From the NCBI GenBank assembly GCA_963849385.1, contig CAWKHH010000009.1, positions 77,337 to 141,336 on the forward strand: a DNA stretch of 64,000 nucleotides, given 5' to 3'. The position numbers and the translations under genes were made by a program. This document shows positions 9,926 to 21,199 of the stretch, piece by piece. This stretch comes from Ignavibacteriota bacterium. Its GTDB lineage: Bacteria; Bacteroidota; Ignavibacteria; UBA10030; UBA6906. A model generated the notes under the pieces. That model worked only from the letters and a program-made list of their open reading frames with translations, was not told the origin of the DNA and did not search any database. How positions within the stretch are numbered: position 1 is the stretch's first letter; every line of letters begins with the position of its first letter.

Positions 9926-11141
9926 AGGAGAACCGGATCGCTGTGACGGGGTTCAATCGTGACGCAAGACGCGCAGGAATCAGGGAACTCAGCAGGCAAA
10001 GTCCGATCGTAATCGCAGAGACAATGGCGAAATATTCCGCGCGCAGCAGAATCGGCACGGAGGTCATGAAGTAGATGTCGCTCGGAAGCGACAGGAACTT
10101 GAATTCCTGCTGGGCATAGCAGAGGCCGAAAGCGAGGAGATTGCCCAGTGCGGTACCGGTCAGCGCGATCGTCAATCCCTGCCTGAGGAAGATGCGTGTG
10201 ATTCCCCACCGCGTAGCTCCCATCGACGCAAGGACCCCGATCTCGCGGGTCTTGTCGAGCACCATCATCAGCAGCGTGCCGATGATGTTCACGGTGGCAA
10301 CCACAATGATCAGGCCGAGGATGATCGGGATCGGCTTTTTCTGGAGTTCGATCCAGCTGAACAGATTGCGGTAGGACTCAAAGACGGTTTGCGCGTAGTG
10401 CGGGTAGCCGAGGAGATCTGAGACACGCCCCGCGATCGCCTCCGCGCTGTCGACTCTGCTCAGGTGGACATCGTACCCGTTGACAGCGTCACCAATCTGG
10501 AAGAGGATCTGGGCATCGCGCAGGTCGGTGAAGGCATAGATGTCGTCGTACTCTGCCATGCCGCTTTCATAGATGCCCGTCACGCGGAACTGCATTGCCC
10601 GTGCCTGTCCGCCCTCAAGCATCCGGCCGACGCCGAATATCACCGCCCGATCGCCGACGTTGAGGGCCAGACGTGACGCAAGCTTGCGCCCGATGACGAG
10701 CTTTGCCCCGTCTCCCTGCGGGTGACCGATGTCATACATGCCGGCCACCATGTACTTGCGCCCGATAGGGTTCTCGATCGACGGGTCGACGCCCTTCAGC
10801 AGAATGCCGTCAACACCTTCGCGCGATCGCACGAGTGCCTCGCGTGCCACATAGGGGGATACCGCGGTGACCACGGGAGACATTGCGGCAATACGTGCAC
10901 TGTTCTCCCGGTAATCCCTGAGCGGCAGGTTCTGATACCCGACGATCTGTACATGGCTCGTGAACCCGACGACTTTCTCGGTGATTTCATGCTCGAATCC
11001 CCCGAGCACAGAGAGGGCGATGATCAATGTCGCGGTGCCCAGCATGACACCCATGACGGAGATTCCGGCAATAAATGAAAAGAACCCCGCGTTGCGCTGG
11101 GAACGGAGGTAACGCCGGGCGATCATATCGCTATAGGACAT
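9924..11141 (-). CDS. lolC: lipoprotein-releasing ABC transporter permease, LolC/E family (FtsX domain)
   Basis: 405 aa paralogue of the next gene with the same topology. Immediately follows prfB. Confidence 0.75.
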   Translation of the reverse strand: MSYSDMIARRYLRSQRNAGFFSFIAGISVMGVMLGTATLIIALSVLGGFEHEITEKVVGFTSHVQIVGYQNLPLRDYRENSARIAAMSPVVTAVSPYVAREALVRSREGVDGILLKGVDPSIENPIGRKYMVAGMYDIGHPQGDGAKLVIGRKLASRLALNVGDRAVIFGVGRMLEGGQARAMQFRVTGIYESGMAEYDDIYAFTDLRDAQILFQIGDAVNGYDVHLSRVDSAEAIAGRVSDLLGYPHYAQTVFESYRNLFSWIELQKKPIPIILGLIIVVATVNIIGTLLMMVLDKTREIGVLASMGATRWGITRIFLRQGLTIALTGTALGNLLAFGLCYAQQEFKFLSLPSDIYFMTSVPILLRAEYFAIVSAITIGLCLLSSLIPARLASRLNPVTAIRFS

Positions 11142-11143
11142 GG

Positions 11144-12255
11144 TTACGCAGGGCTCCCCGGACCGGTGGCAAGGAGGAATCCTTTGATGAAATCGTCAAT
11201 GCCTCCATCCATCACCCCCTGAACGTTGCTTGTCTCAACATCCGTGCGGTGATCTTTCACCATGTTGTAAGGATGGAACACATAGGAGCGAATCTGGCTG
11301 CCCCACTCTATTTTCTTCTTCGTGCTTTCGATGGCGTCCCTTTTCGCCTCATCTTCCTCCTTACGCCGCTGATAGAGCTGCGACTTGAGCATTTTCATGG
11401 CCGACTCGCGGTTCTGAAACTGCGACCGTTGCTGCTGGCAGGCCACGATGATGCCGCTGGGAACGTGGGTGATACGGACGGCGGTTTCCACTTTGTTGAC
11501 GTTTTGCCCTCCCTTGCCGCCCGACCGGTACGTATCGATCTTGAGATCCACAGGGTTTATTTCGATTTCCACATCGTCTTCAATTTCGGGATAGACAAAG
11601 ACTGAAGCGAACGATGTATGCCGCCGCGCATTCGAGTCAAACGGAGAGATGCGCACAAGCCGATGGACGCCATTCTCTGCTTTGAGATAGCCGTACGCAA
11701 ACTTGCCTGTGACTTCCACCGTCGCGCTCTTGATGCCCGCGGAATCCCCTTCGAGACGATCCACCAGGGCGACAGAAAAGCCTTTCCGTTCACACCAGCG
11801 CAAATACATGCGGAGCAGCATCTCACCCCAATCCTGCGCCTCCGTCCCTCCGGCACCGGCATGAATCGTGAGAATTGCATTGCGCTCATCATCATCGCCG
11901 CTGAGCATGTTGCGGAACTCAAGCTCGGCAAGACCGGAACGCATAGCCTGCCAGTTCTGTGCCGATGTCCGTGGCCAGCGATGCATCGTTCGACTCTTCC
12001 GCGAGTTCAACGAAGGTGCTCGCGTCGCTGAGACGCTTCGCCAGCCCCTTCCATGCATCAACCCACTCCTTGCGCGAACTGATGTCCTGCATCACCTTCT
12101 GGGCTGTGACATTGTCATCCCAGAAATGCGGGGCCTGGCTCTTCTCCTGCAATTCCGCTATCGCTTTTTCCTTGGCATCAATGTCAAAGATACCCCCGGA
12201 GCGCCTTCAAGCGCTCGGTGAGTTCCTTGATCTCCGTTTTTTGATCTTCGAGCAT
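11144..12255 (-). CDS. prfB: peptide chain release factor 2, with the canonical programmed +1 frameshift plus one additional frame break
   Basis: N-terminal [23 protein letters not shown] is followed by the CTT TGA C shift site with an upstream AGGGGG. Downstream are the SPF and GGQ motifs ([20 protein letters not shown]). A second, unexpected +1 shift sits near 11945 between ORFs 11919-12152 and 11144-12061. Confidence 0.9.
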
Positions 12256-12323
12256 AAAACCTTCTGCTGTTGTACAGAACGCCATCCGGGTTCTACGGCC
12301 GGAACGTCGGATTCACGGGTGGG

Positions 12324-14091
12324 CTAGACAATTCTGATATGCAACTCCCGCAGCTGCTTGTCGTCCACTTCACTCGGTGCTTCGTCCATCAGGGAGACAG
12401 CGTTGGCGGTCTTGGGAAAGGCCATGACATCTCTGATGGACTTCATTCCCGTCATGATCATCACCAGACGGTCAAAACCGAAGGCAATGCCCCCATGGGG
12501 CGGTGCGCCATACCGGAACGCGTTCAACAGAAACCCGAACCTGTGCTCCGCCTCTGTTTCTCCAATCCCGATGAGCTCGAACATCCGGCTCTGCATTGCC
12601 CTATCATGGATGCGGATGCTCCCTCCTGCAACCTCGGTTCCGTTCAGGACCAGGTCATACGCCCGTGCCCGGGCCTTCCCGGGGTCAGTGTCAAGCAAGG
12701 CTGCGTCATCCGGGTTGGGTGCAGTGAACGGGTGATGCACGGCTACAAATCGCTTCTCTTCTTCGCTGTATTCGACGAGGGGAAAATCAGTTACCCATAA
12801 TAGATCAAGTCTGTTCTCCTGAATAAGCTTAAGCCTCCTCCCCATCTCCAGACGCAGCGTACCGAGAATGGTGTACGCTTTGGTCCAGGTGTCAGAGACC
12901 AGCAGCGCCAGATCCCCCTTCTTGCCCCCCATGGCTTCGACCATCTTCTGCAGAAGATCTTTGCCGAGGAACTTCTCAATCGGGCACTCAACCCCGTTCT
13001 CGGTCCATCTGACGTACACAAGTCCGCCTGCGCCAAGGCTCTTCGTGTAGTCGACAAGCCCGTCGAGTTGGTTCCGGGTCATGCCTGCTTCGCCGGGAAC
13101 GACAAAACCCGCCACAACACCGCCTTCCTTCACAACATCTGCGAAGACCTTGAAGGGGGCATCTTTCACAATATGGCCCACGCTTCTGAGTTTCAGGCCA
13201 AATCGGGTGTCCGGTTTGTCGCTTCCGTATGTTTCCATTGCCTCGGCGTACGTGAGGCGCGGAAGAGGCAGCTTGAGCTCGACTCCCTTAAGCTCCTTGA
13301 ACATGCGCTGCATCAGCCCTTCGGTAATGTCCCTTATATCCTCCTCGTCAACAAACGACATCTCGACGTCAATCTGCGTGAATTCCGGCTGGCGGTCCGC
13401 ACGCAAGTCCTCATCCCTGAAGCACTTCACGATCTGCACGTAGCGGTCCATCCCCGAAACCATCAGCAACTGCTTGTATGTCTGGGGTGACTGTGGCAGC
13501 GCATAGAATCGTCCGCGATGCACACGACTGGGGACGAGATAGTCCCGTGCTCCTTCCGGCGTGCTCTTCATCAGAATCGGTGTTTCGACCTCGATGAACC
13601 CGTGTTCGTCAAAGTACCTGTGCACGAGCTGGTACAACCGATGACGGAACTGAAGATTCTTCTGCAGAGTCGGACGGCGGAGGTCCAGATACCGGAACTT
13701 GAGACGCAGATCCTCACCCGCATCCACATCTCCATCAATCGGAAACGGAGGAGTCTCGGCGCGATTCAGGATTGTCAGCTGCTCGGCCATCACGTCAATC
13801 TGCCCGGTCGCCAGATTCCGGGTTGACGGTCCCTTCCGGCCTCATTTCCACCGTGCCAGTCACAGAAATCACGAACTCGCTTCTCAGCTCCTTGGCTAGC
13901 TGATGGGCATCCCCGTTCTGTTGAGGATTGAAAACAACCTGCGTCTTTCCATACCGGTCACGGAGGTCGATAAAAATCACCCCTCCGAGATCCCTGCGGA
14001 CGTCTACCCATCCATTCAGGGTCACATTCTTCCCGATAAAGTCGGGACGGAGTTCACCGCATGTATGTGAACGTTTTGCAAAAGCCTGCAC
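12324..14091 (-). CDS. aspS: aspartate--tRNA ligase; frame interrupted once near 13800
   Basis: N-terminal OB anticodon-binding domain ([19 protein letters not shown]...) in ORF 13795-14631 and the class II catalytic domain ([20 protein letters not shown]...GGSIRIH) in ORF 12324-13793. GTG start at 14091 with an AAGGAG RBS. Confidence 0.85.
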
Positions 14092-14415
14092 GTGGATCTC
14101 CTTGGATATCAAACATTTAATATAGCCAAAACCTGCAAGAGTATCAAACCCGGGCGGTGCAGAATGACCCCCAGGATTGAGGTTGGCAACGCATTTGCAT
14201 ACTTTGATCAAACCTCCAACGACATCGTGCAACCCATGCGCATCATCCTTGCATTTCTGGCATTCGGCGACCATCCCGGTTCTCGCACAGGATGATCCGG
14301 CAACTCTTCGCCGTATTCGGGACGACAAGATCGAGACGATCCTCCGTATAGCAGGACCGCCGGTCGCTGCACGACGGACAATTGGTGTCACTCCTCTCCG
14401 ACGCTGATCCGGCCG

Positions 14416-16315
14416 GTGCGACGCCGTGCATATCTCTCGTACGGCAGCATCCAGGACAGCACAGCGCTTCCGCTTCTCGTTCGTGGCCTCAGCGACCCTG
14501 ACATCACCGTGGAAGAAGCTGCTGCATTCGCCATCGGACAGACCGCCGCAGGTCTTTCTCTGCCGCGGAGAACCGAGCTGGAGCATGATCTTCTCTGGAA
14601 TCGTATTCAAGCGACGCAGGTTCCTGATCAATTGATAGAAGAACTTGGAAAATTTGGCACTACGGCCGGGTTGCAGGACTTAATCATCCGCATCGGCAAT
14701 GTGTATCCCCGGAGCCACGAGGGCGGCATGACCATGGCGATCGCCCGATTTGCCATACGCGGCATTACCGACGCAGGAGCAGTGCGATATCTCCTGGCAG
14801 GAATCCGGACAGCAGACCCGGTGCCCTGGCAGGCAATGTATGCGCTGCAGCGCATAGGTGATCACCCTGAAATCCGGGCAGACCTTGAACATCTCGTACT
14901 TCTCAGGCAGAATCAGGATCCGCTTGTTCGCATGAATCTGGCGACGCTGCTTGGCAAACTCCGCGACGCGCGCACAGCCAAAGATCCATTGATCCGTCTT
15001 GCCTCCTCCGACTCCGACTGGCGCGTGCGCGTCTCCGCGCTTCGATCCCTTGCCGGTTACCCGATCGCATCCGATCCGGCAGCGCTGGACGTGTACCGCC
15101 GGGCATTTTTCGATGCCGACATGAACATCGCGCTGGCAGCCATCGCAGCGCTCAGATCATCGGACATCACTTCCGTCCGACACAGCCGGCACTGGAGGCG
15201 AGGTTCTGATGCAGCTTGGCAGCATGGCGACCAACCACGGTAATGCTTTCGCGTGGCAGTATCAGGCTGAGTCTGCCCACACAATCGCCGGTCTCCTGCG
15301 GTCAGCGGCGTTCCGGCACTTCGCTGAAGCTTCCTGGCCAAACCCCAACCTGCAGGCAGAGATGCTGCGCGCGCTGGGATCAACCGGTGTTACGCAAGCA
15401 GCCGCACCTTTGCTTGCAGCCCTTGATGACGATAATTCCATCGTCAGGTGCGGCGCACTCGAAGGTTTGGCAACCCTCGCAGCCCTTCGCCCGACAGACC
15501 ATGGATTGCGCAAGGCCGTACGTGCGACCCTGCCGGGGCTGGGCGAGAGCGGAGACGTGGCCGTCGTCGCCACTGCGGCAGGAATGCTCGCCGACTCTCT
15601 TTTTGCCGACGCACAGAGCACAACTGATCTTTTACGTTTGCTTTCCCGGGTGCGCGGTCCCGACGACGTCGAAGCACTGTTGGAGGTCATCAAGGGTCTT
15701 GGCGCCCTCGGCGAGAACCAGGCCGTTCCGCAACTGATTGAACTGCTGTCGCAGACAGAGCGCTCAATCGCATCTCAGGCCGCCGCAGCATTGCGTCGGA
15801 TCACGGGCATCGACTACTCCGGCAGGATCGTCGACCGTGAGCCGTTCTACACCGACTTTGATTTCGCATACCTCAGGTCACTCCCCGACACCATCCATGT
15901 GACGGTGTCCACGGCACGCGGCGATATTGCCGCGGAACTCTACAAGGAGCTTGCGCCGTTCACCATCATGAGCATGCTCAAACTTTCGGCGCAGCGCGGT
16001 TTCTATCGCGGACTCACCTTCCACCGCGTTGTCCCGAATTTTGTGATCCAGGGAGGTTGCCCGCGCGGAGACGGTTGGGGCGGCCCCGGGTATACGCTCC
16101 GCTCGGAATTCTCAACTGCCCGCTATCTCACCGGCACGATTGGTATCGCATCGGCGGGGAAGGATACCGAGGGTTCACAGTTCTTCGTTACGCATTCACC
16201 GCAACCGCATCTTGATGGACGGTACACCGTCATCGGCCGGGTGACTGATGGACAGCGGATCGTCGATTCGATCCAGCGCGACGATCGCCTATTTGACTTC
16301 AGAGCTCAACAATGA
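14416..16315 (+). CDS. HEAT-repeat (PBS-lyase-like) protein fused to a C-terminal cyclophilin-type peptidyl-prolyl isomerase; frame break near 15180 and the true N-terminus may lie upstream
   Basis: Repeated LxxLxDxDxxVRxxAxxALG-like HEAT units, then a cyclophilin core ([13 protein letters not shown]...GWGGPGY). ORFs 14416-15243 and 15209-16315 overlap in different frames. Confidence 0.55.
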
Positions 16316-16323
16316 GGACCCCC

Positions 16324-18783
16324 ATGGGACAACTGCTTCACTACCGTCGGCATTGTACTCTCTGCACTGTTCCTGCTTTCCGGATGCGGCAGCGGATCTA
16401 ACGCAGTGTTGCCCGGGACACTCGATGACGGCACAACTCTGTCTGCCCAACGGCTGGCGTCTCTCCCCTGCAGGCACGCATCTCGGCGTTGGCGAATTGC
16501 CTCTCAACGCGGATCTGTCTCCCGATGGTCGGTACGCAATCATTACGAATGACGGCACCTCACAGCATTCGATCTCGATAGTCGATCTGGATCGTTGGGA
16601 AGTTACGCAAACGTTGCGAATCCCGAAGGCCTGGATGGGCATCAAGTTCTTCGATGGCGGGAAGAAATTCGTCGCCTCCGGAGGCAATGATAATTGCCTT
16701 CGGATCTACCGGTTTGAGGATGGGATGGCAACGGAGGAGGACAGCGTTTCCGTCGGTCGCCCGTGGCCGAAGGATAAAATCTGGCTGGCCGGACTCGACA
16801 TTGATCACTCCACCTCCACTCTGTTTGTCGCGGGAAAAGAGGACAGCCGTCTGTACGTGATCGATCTTGCCCGCAAAGCTTGTGGGGAGAACCATTCTCT
16901 TGCCTGCCATCCCGTACGGCGTGTTGTGTGATCCCCGTTCACGCAGTGTGTGGGTTTCCATCTGGGGAGGAAGCAGCGTCGTTCGCATCGATGCGGCATC
17001 ACTCTTGCGGTGACGGATTCGCTGAAGGTAGGCGATCATCCATCGGCAATGGAATTCTGGGCAGAAGGCAATACGCTCTGGGTCACGAATTCGAATCTGA
17101 ATACCGTGTCAGTGATCGACGTTGGTTCACGCAAGGTTGTGGAAACTCTCACGACGGCACTTTCACCGCAGGCTCCTCCCGGCAGCACGCCGAACGCTCT
17201 CGCGTTCGATGCCGCACGGAAGAGACTCTACGTTGCCAATGCCGACAACAATTGTGTTGCGGTCTTCGACGTTTCCCAACCGGGCCGTTCCCGCTCGATC
17301 GGGTTCATTCCCGTCGGGTGGTATCCGACCACCGTTCGCGTCCGCCCGCGCAACGGTGAACTGCTCGTGGCCAACGGCAAGGGCTTCGCATCCCGGGCAA
17401 ACCCGCACGGACCGAATCCCACACAACGTTGAAGAAAGGACGAGGAATACATCGGTTCGCTTTTCAAGGGTTCCCTCTCGCGCATCACTCCACCGGACGA
17501 GGCCGCACTTGCTGCCTACACCACGAGGGTCTATCAGAACAGTCGTTACACAGACCAGCGCAGCATGCAGCCCGGCAATGATCCGAAGAACCCGATTCCG
17601 GCACGGACCGGAGGAGCGTCACCGATAAAGCATGTGTTCTACGTTATCAAAGAAAACAGGACCTATGATCAGGTCTTCGGCGATCTTCCTCAAGGCAATG
17701 GGGACGCGTCTCTCTGTCTGTTCCCGGAGGAGGTCACACCAAACCTGCATGCACTTGTGCGTGAGTTCGTGCTTCTCGACAATTTCTATGCGGATGCCGA
17801 AGTCAGTGCCGACGGCCACAACTGGTCGATGGGTGCGTACGCAACTGATTTCACGGAAAAAACATGGCCGACCCAGTATGGCGGCCGGGGCGGTGAGTAT
17901 GTGTACGAAGGCGGAACACCGATTGTCTTCCCTTCATCGGGGTATCTGTGGGACAACTGCCTGCGCAATGGCAGGTCATACCGCACATACGGGGAGTTTG
18001 TATTCAACCCTGAGGTGCCCGGCGATTCAGCGAGACCCGCAAAGGAGTCCATTGCCGGCCATCTCGCGCCGTTCTACCGGGGGTGGGATCTCGACTACTC
18101 TGACGTCGACCGGGTGAAAGCCTGGATGAAGGAGTTTGATGAGTTCGAGCGGACGGGTAGACCTCCCGCAGTTTCAGATCATCAAGTTGCCGAACGATCA
18201 CACGTCAGGCACACGCTCCGGGTCACTTACTCCGAGGGCGTATGTGGCGCAGAACGATCTGGCGGTGGGCATGCTTATCGAAAGGATCAGCCACAGCAGG
18301 TTCTGGAAGGAGTGCGCGATATTCATCATCGAAGATGATGCACAGAACGGACCTGACCATGTCGACGCGCATCGCACGGAGGCCCTGGTAATCAGTCCCT
18401 TCGTCCGTCGCGGCACGGTTGACAGTGAGCTCTATTCCACCACATCGATGTTGCGCACAATGGAATTGATCCTCGGATTGCCGCCGCTCACGCAGTTTGA
18501 TGCAGCTGCAACGCCCATGTATGCATCGTTTTCAGCGGTACCCGATACGACGCGGTATACAAGCCGGCCTGCACGCATCAGTATCTTCGAGCGCAATGCC
18601 GACAAATCTACGGGTCAACTGCGGAGCAACGAACTGGACTTCAGCATTCAGGATGCGATTCCGGACGTGGAGCTGAACGAGATCATCTGGAAATCGATCC
18701 GTGGAGAGCATTCGTCCATGCCGGCCCCTGTCAGAAGCGCATTTGTGCAGGTGCAGCCGGAGGCGACACGGGATCGGGACTGA
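16324..18783 (+). pseudogene. lipoprotein with YncE/YVTN-type beta-propeller fused to a phosphoesterase (phospholipase C / acid phosphatase family) domain; disrupted by at least 5 frame shifts and an in-frame TGA
   Basis: Lipobox LSALFLLSGC, beta-propeller repeats (LYVIDLA, TLWVTNSNLNTVSVIDVGSRKVV, RLYVANADNNCVAVFDV), then phosphoesterase motifs (HVFYVIKENRTYDQVFGDL, IIEDDAQNGPDHVDAHRT). Spread over ORFs 16248-16931, frame 1 at about 16870-17010, 16950-17432, 17565-18338 and 18136-18783. In-frame TGA at 17430. Confidence 0.6.
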
Positions 18784-19612
18784 TAAGCGTCGTTTGCGGT
18801 TTTCCCTGTGCGCCGTCGATGGCCTTGTAGTCTAGTTCCGATCCCAGCACGCTGTGGGGTATCAGGAAGACGATCACCACGATGATCGCGGCACCCAGAA
18901 CCCAGGGTTTCGGGTTCTTTCCTCTGCGCAGGGCAATTGCTGCGACCACCCACGCAAGGACGGCAACGAGAGTTTTGTTATCCGTAAGGTCATGTCCGAA
19001 GGGCCATCCCGTCCAGTAGGCATCGAAGGCATACTTCTGCACGATCGGTCCAAGCAGCAACCCGCCGATGGAGAGGATCCCGATGGTCCAGGCAATGAGA
19101 CGACCATATCGTGGCCTGGCGGCAAATATTTCCAATCCTGCGCGCATGGAGAACAGCATTCCGGTGAACATTGCCAGCACGTGGGGGACCAGCACGAAGG
19201 GAGGGACATCTCCTTTGAAGCGTGTGACGACACCGCCCTCGGCAGGCACGACTGCCGTCCCCTTCCTTCCTGTGAGCTGAACGCGGTAGTCCAGTTTTCC
19301 TGCAGGGGGTTGGTGGGGCAAGGTACCCGACAGATTGCCGTCGCGATAACTCATCTCCACAGCGGTCCATGCGTCGTCGGTTTTGTGGCGTCTCCATTCA
19401 AGCACGCCGCGCACGGCTGGATCCTCGGTTCGAACGAGTACTTCCTGATCACCGTCCCCTCCGTGAGAGCGATCGAACCGGTATACAACTTTCTTCTCGT
19501 CCAGGAGCGCGCTTCCTGAAAGCGGATACGTGGGTCCGGTCATCCGCTGGTAGATCGCAACGGATGAGGTGATGAGAAAGGCAATGATCCAGAGAACGGC
19601 GGTGTGCTTCAC
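18731..19612 (-). CDS. hypothetical integral membrane protein (N-terminal TM, periplasmic beta-rich domain, 4-5 C-terminal TMs)
   Basis: Hydropathy pattern and a clean 293 aa ORF. No recognised family. Confidence 0.5.
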   Translation of the reverse strand: MKHTAVLWIIAFLITSSVAIYQRMTGPTYPLSGSALLDEKKVVYRFDRSHGGDGDQEVLVRTEDPAVRGVLEWRRHKTDDAWTAVEMSYRDGNLSGTLPHQPPAGKLDYRVQLTGRKGTAVVPAEGGVVTRFKGDVPPFVLVPHVLAMFTGMLFSMRAGLEIFAARPRYGRLIAWTIGILSIGGLLLGPIVQKYAFDAYWTGWPFGHDLTDNKTLVAVLAWVVAAIALRRGKNPKPWVLGAAIIVVIVFLIPHSVLGSELDYKAIDGAQGKPQTTLISPDPVSPPAAPAQMRF

Positions 19613-19645
19613 AGATGCTCCTTCGCGTATGGCTGATCGTTCAGG

Positions 19646-19837
19646 TCAGAGATTGAAGTAGAGTTTGTATTCAAACGGATGCGGCATAGTGCCGATTGAC
19701 CGGATCTCCTTCTCCTTTAAACTCACCCACTGCTCAATCAGTTCCGTCGTGAAGACCCCGCCCCGCTTGAGAAACTCCTGATCGGTGTTGTGACGGCGCA
19801 ATAAGGTCGCGCAGTGTTGAAGAAGTCTTTTGTCCAT
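19646..19837 (-). CDS. small hypothetical protein (63 aa) directly upstream of the membrane protein
   Basis: Intact ORF co-oriented with and 33 nt upstream of the 18731-19612 gene. No family recognised. Confidence 0.35.
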   Translation of the reverse strand: MDKRLLQHCATLLRRHNTDQEFLKRGGVFTTELIEQWVSLKEKEIRSIGTMPHPFEYKLYFNL

Positions 19838-19981
19838 GAATCAGTCCGGGAGTGTCGCTGGAGGCGTCGGTAATGTAGTAATATAGCAATAATTGAGCTT
19901 CCTTGCTTAAATGAAGTCATTTTGCTAGGTTTTAGTTTACCCGTTCATCCTCACATTGCACATCAGGAGGCGCAGTCCTTC

Positions 19982-21199
19982 ATGGGTATCAGCCAACTGG
20001 CACGTTCGATTGCCGAGTCCCCCACCCTTGCCATGAATGAGCAGGCACGGCTGCTGCGGGAACGCGGCGAGGCCGTGATTCATCTCGGTGCCGGAGAGCC
20101 AAAGAACAAGGCCCCGATCAACGCCATCCTTTCCTCAGCGGCCAAGCTTAACACGGGTGATATCAAATACACCCCCACCGAGGGGATCCCGTCTCTCCGC
20201 AAAGCCATCATCCGCTATACCGAAGAGAATTATGACCGGGTTGTGGCACCGGAGAACGTCCTGGTCTCCGCCGGCGCAAAACAGGTTTTGTTCCAACTGT
20301 TGTTCACGTTGCTCAACCCTCAGGAAGAGGTGATCGTCCTTGCTCCGTACTGGGTCAGCTATCCCGAGATGATCAAGATGGTATATGCGGTGCCGGTGAT
20401 CGTGACACCGGAAGATGGATCGTTTCATCCGCGGATGGAGGACATTGAAAAGGCCGTTACCGGCTACACCAAAGCAATCATCGTCAATAGTCCCAACAAC
20501 CCCTCCGGGGTCATGTACAATGAGGAGTTCATCGCCCGCATTGTCGAGTTCTGCGAACGCAAGGGCATCTATCTGATTATGGATGATATCTACCATAAGC
20601 TAGTCTTCGACGGCAAGACACCTATCTCCGCCTACAAGCACACCGACAAAGATACTGAGAACACACACGTCATCTCGATCAACGGTATTTCAAAGCTGTA
20701 CGGAATGACGGGATTCCGCATCGGTTGGGTTGTCGCACCCCGGAAAATCGTCCAGGTGATGACCAACGTGCAGGCGCAGACATCATCCTGCACATCGATT
20801 ATCCTGCAGGCCGCCGCCGAGGGAGCGTTGACGGGATTGCAGAGCGTTGTGGAGACGCTCCGGATGACTCTGGAGAATAACCGCAACGTCATGATGCAGG
20901 AATTGCAGGCATTCTCCGGCATCAAGACTACCAAGCCCGACGGGACCTATTACTGTCTTCCTGATTTCCGGGCATACAGCAAGGAGTCCGTCAAGCTCTC
21001 CAGCTTCCTTCTGCAGAAGGCACTCGTGGTCACAGTCCCGGGCAAGGAATTCGGCATGGAGGGGCATCTCCGGCTGAGCTATGCGACCACCGTGAAGGAC
21101 ATCAAGCAGGGCCTGGAGCGCATCAAATGGGCTCTTGATCCCAATGCGCCCAATGAGATCTACATCGGCGAACGAAAACTGATCCGGGATTGGCAATGA
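19982..21199 (+). CDS. pyridoxal-phosphate-dependent aminotransferase, class I (aspartate aminotransferase-like)
   Basis: AGGAGG RBS before ATG (MGISQLARS...). Conserved SPNNPSG motif and the SKxY lysine region (SKLYGMTGFRIGW). Confidence 0.85.
   Translation: MGISQLARSIAESPTLAMNEQARLLRERGEAVIHLGAGEPKNKAPINAILSSAAKLNTGDIKYTPTEGIPSLRKAIIRYTEENYDRVVAPENVLVSAGAKQVLFQLLFTLLNPQEEVIVLAPYWVSYPEMIKMVYAVPVIVTPEDGSFHPRMEDIEKAVTGYTKAIIVNSPNNPSGVMYNEEFIARIVEFCERKGIYLIMDDIYHKLVFDGKTPISAYKHTDKDTENTHVISINGISKLYGMTGFRIGWVVAPRKIVQVMTNVQAQTSSCTSIILQAAAEGALTGLQSVVETLRMTLENNRNVMMQELQAFSGIKTTKPDGTYYCLPDFRAYSKESVKLSSFLLQKALVVTVPGKEFGMEGHLRLSYATTVKDIKQGLERIKWALDPNAPNEIYIGERKLIRDWQ

Noticed and set aside
14092-14407. 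ORFs 14092-14295 and 14177-14407 as independent genes
   Set aside because: They are short, overlapping and in different frames immediately upstream of the HEAT-repeat gene. They are more likely out-of-frame pieces of its N-terminus than separate genes.
17430-17432. In-frame TGA between the propeller and phosphoesterase domains as possible selenocysteine or UGA recoding
   Set aside because: TGA clearly acts as a stop codon in many other genes in the window. There is no SECIS-like element and no conserved Cys/Sec position. The gene carries multiple other lesions.
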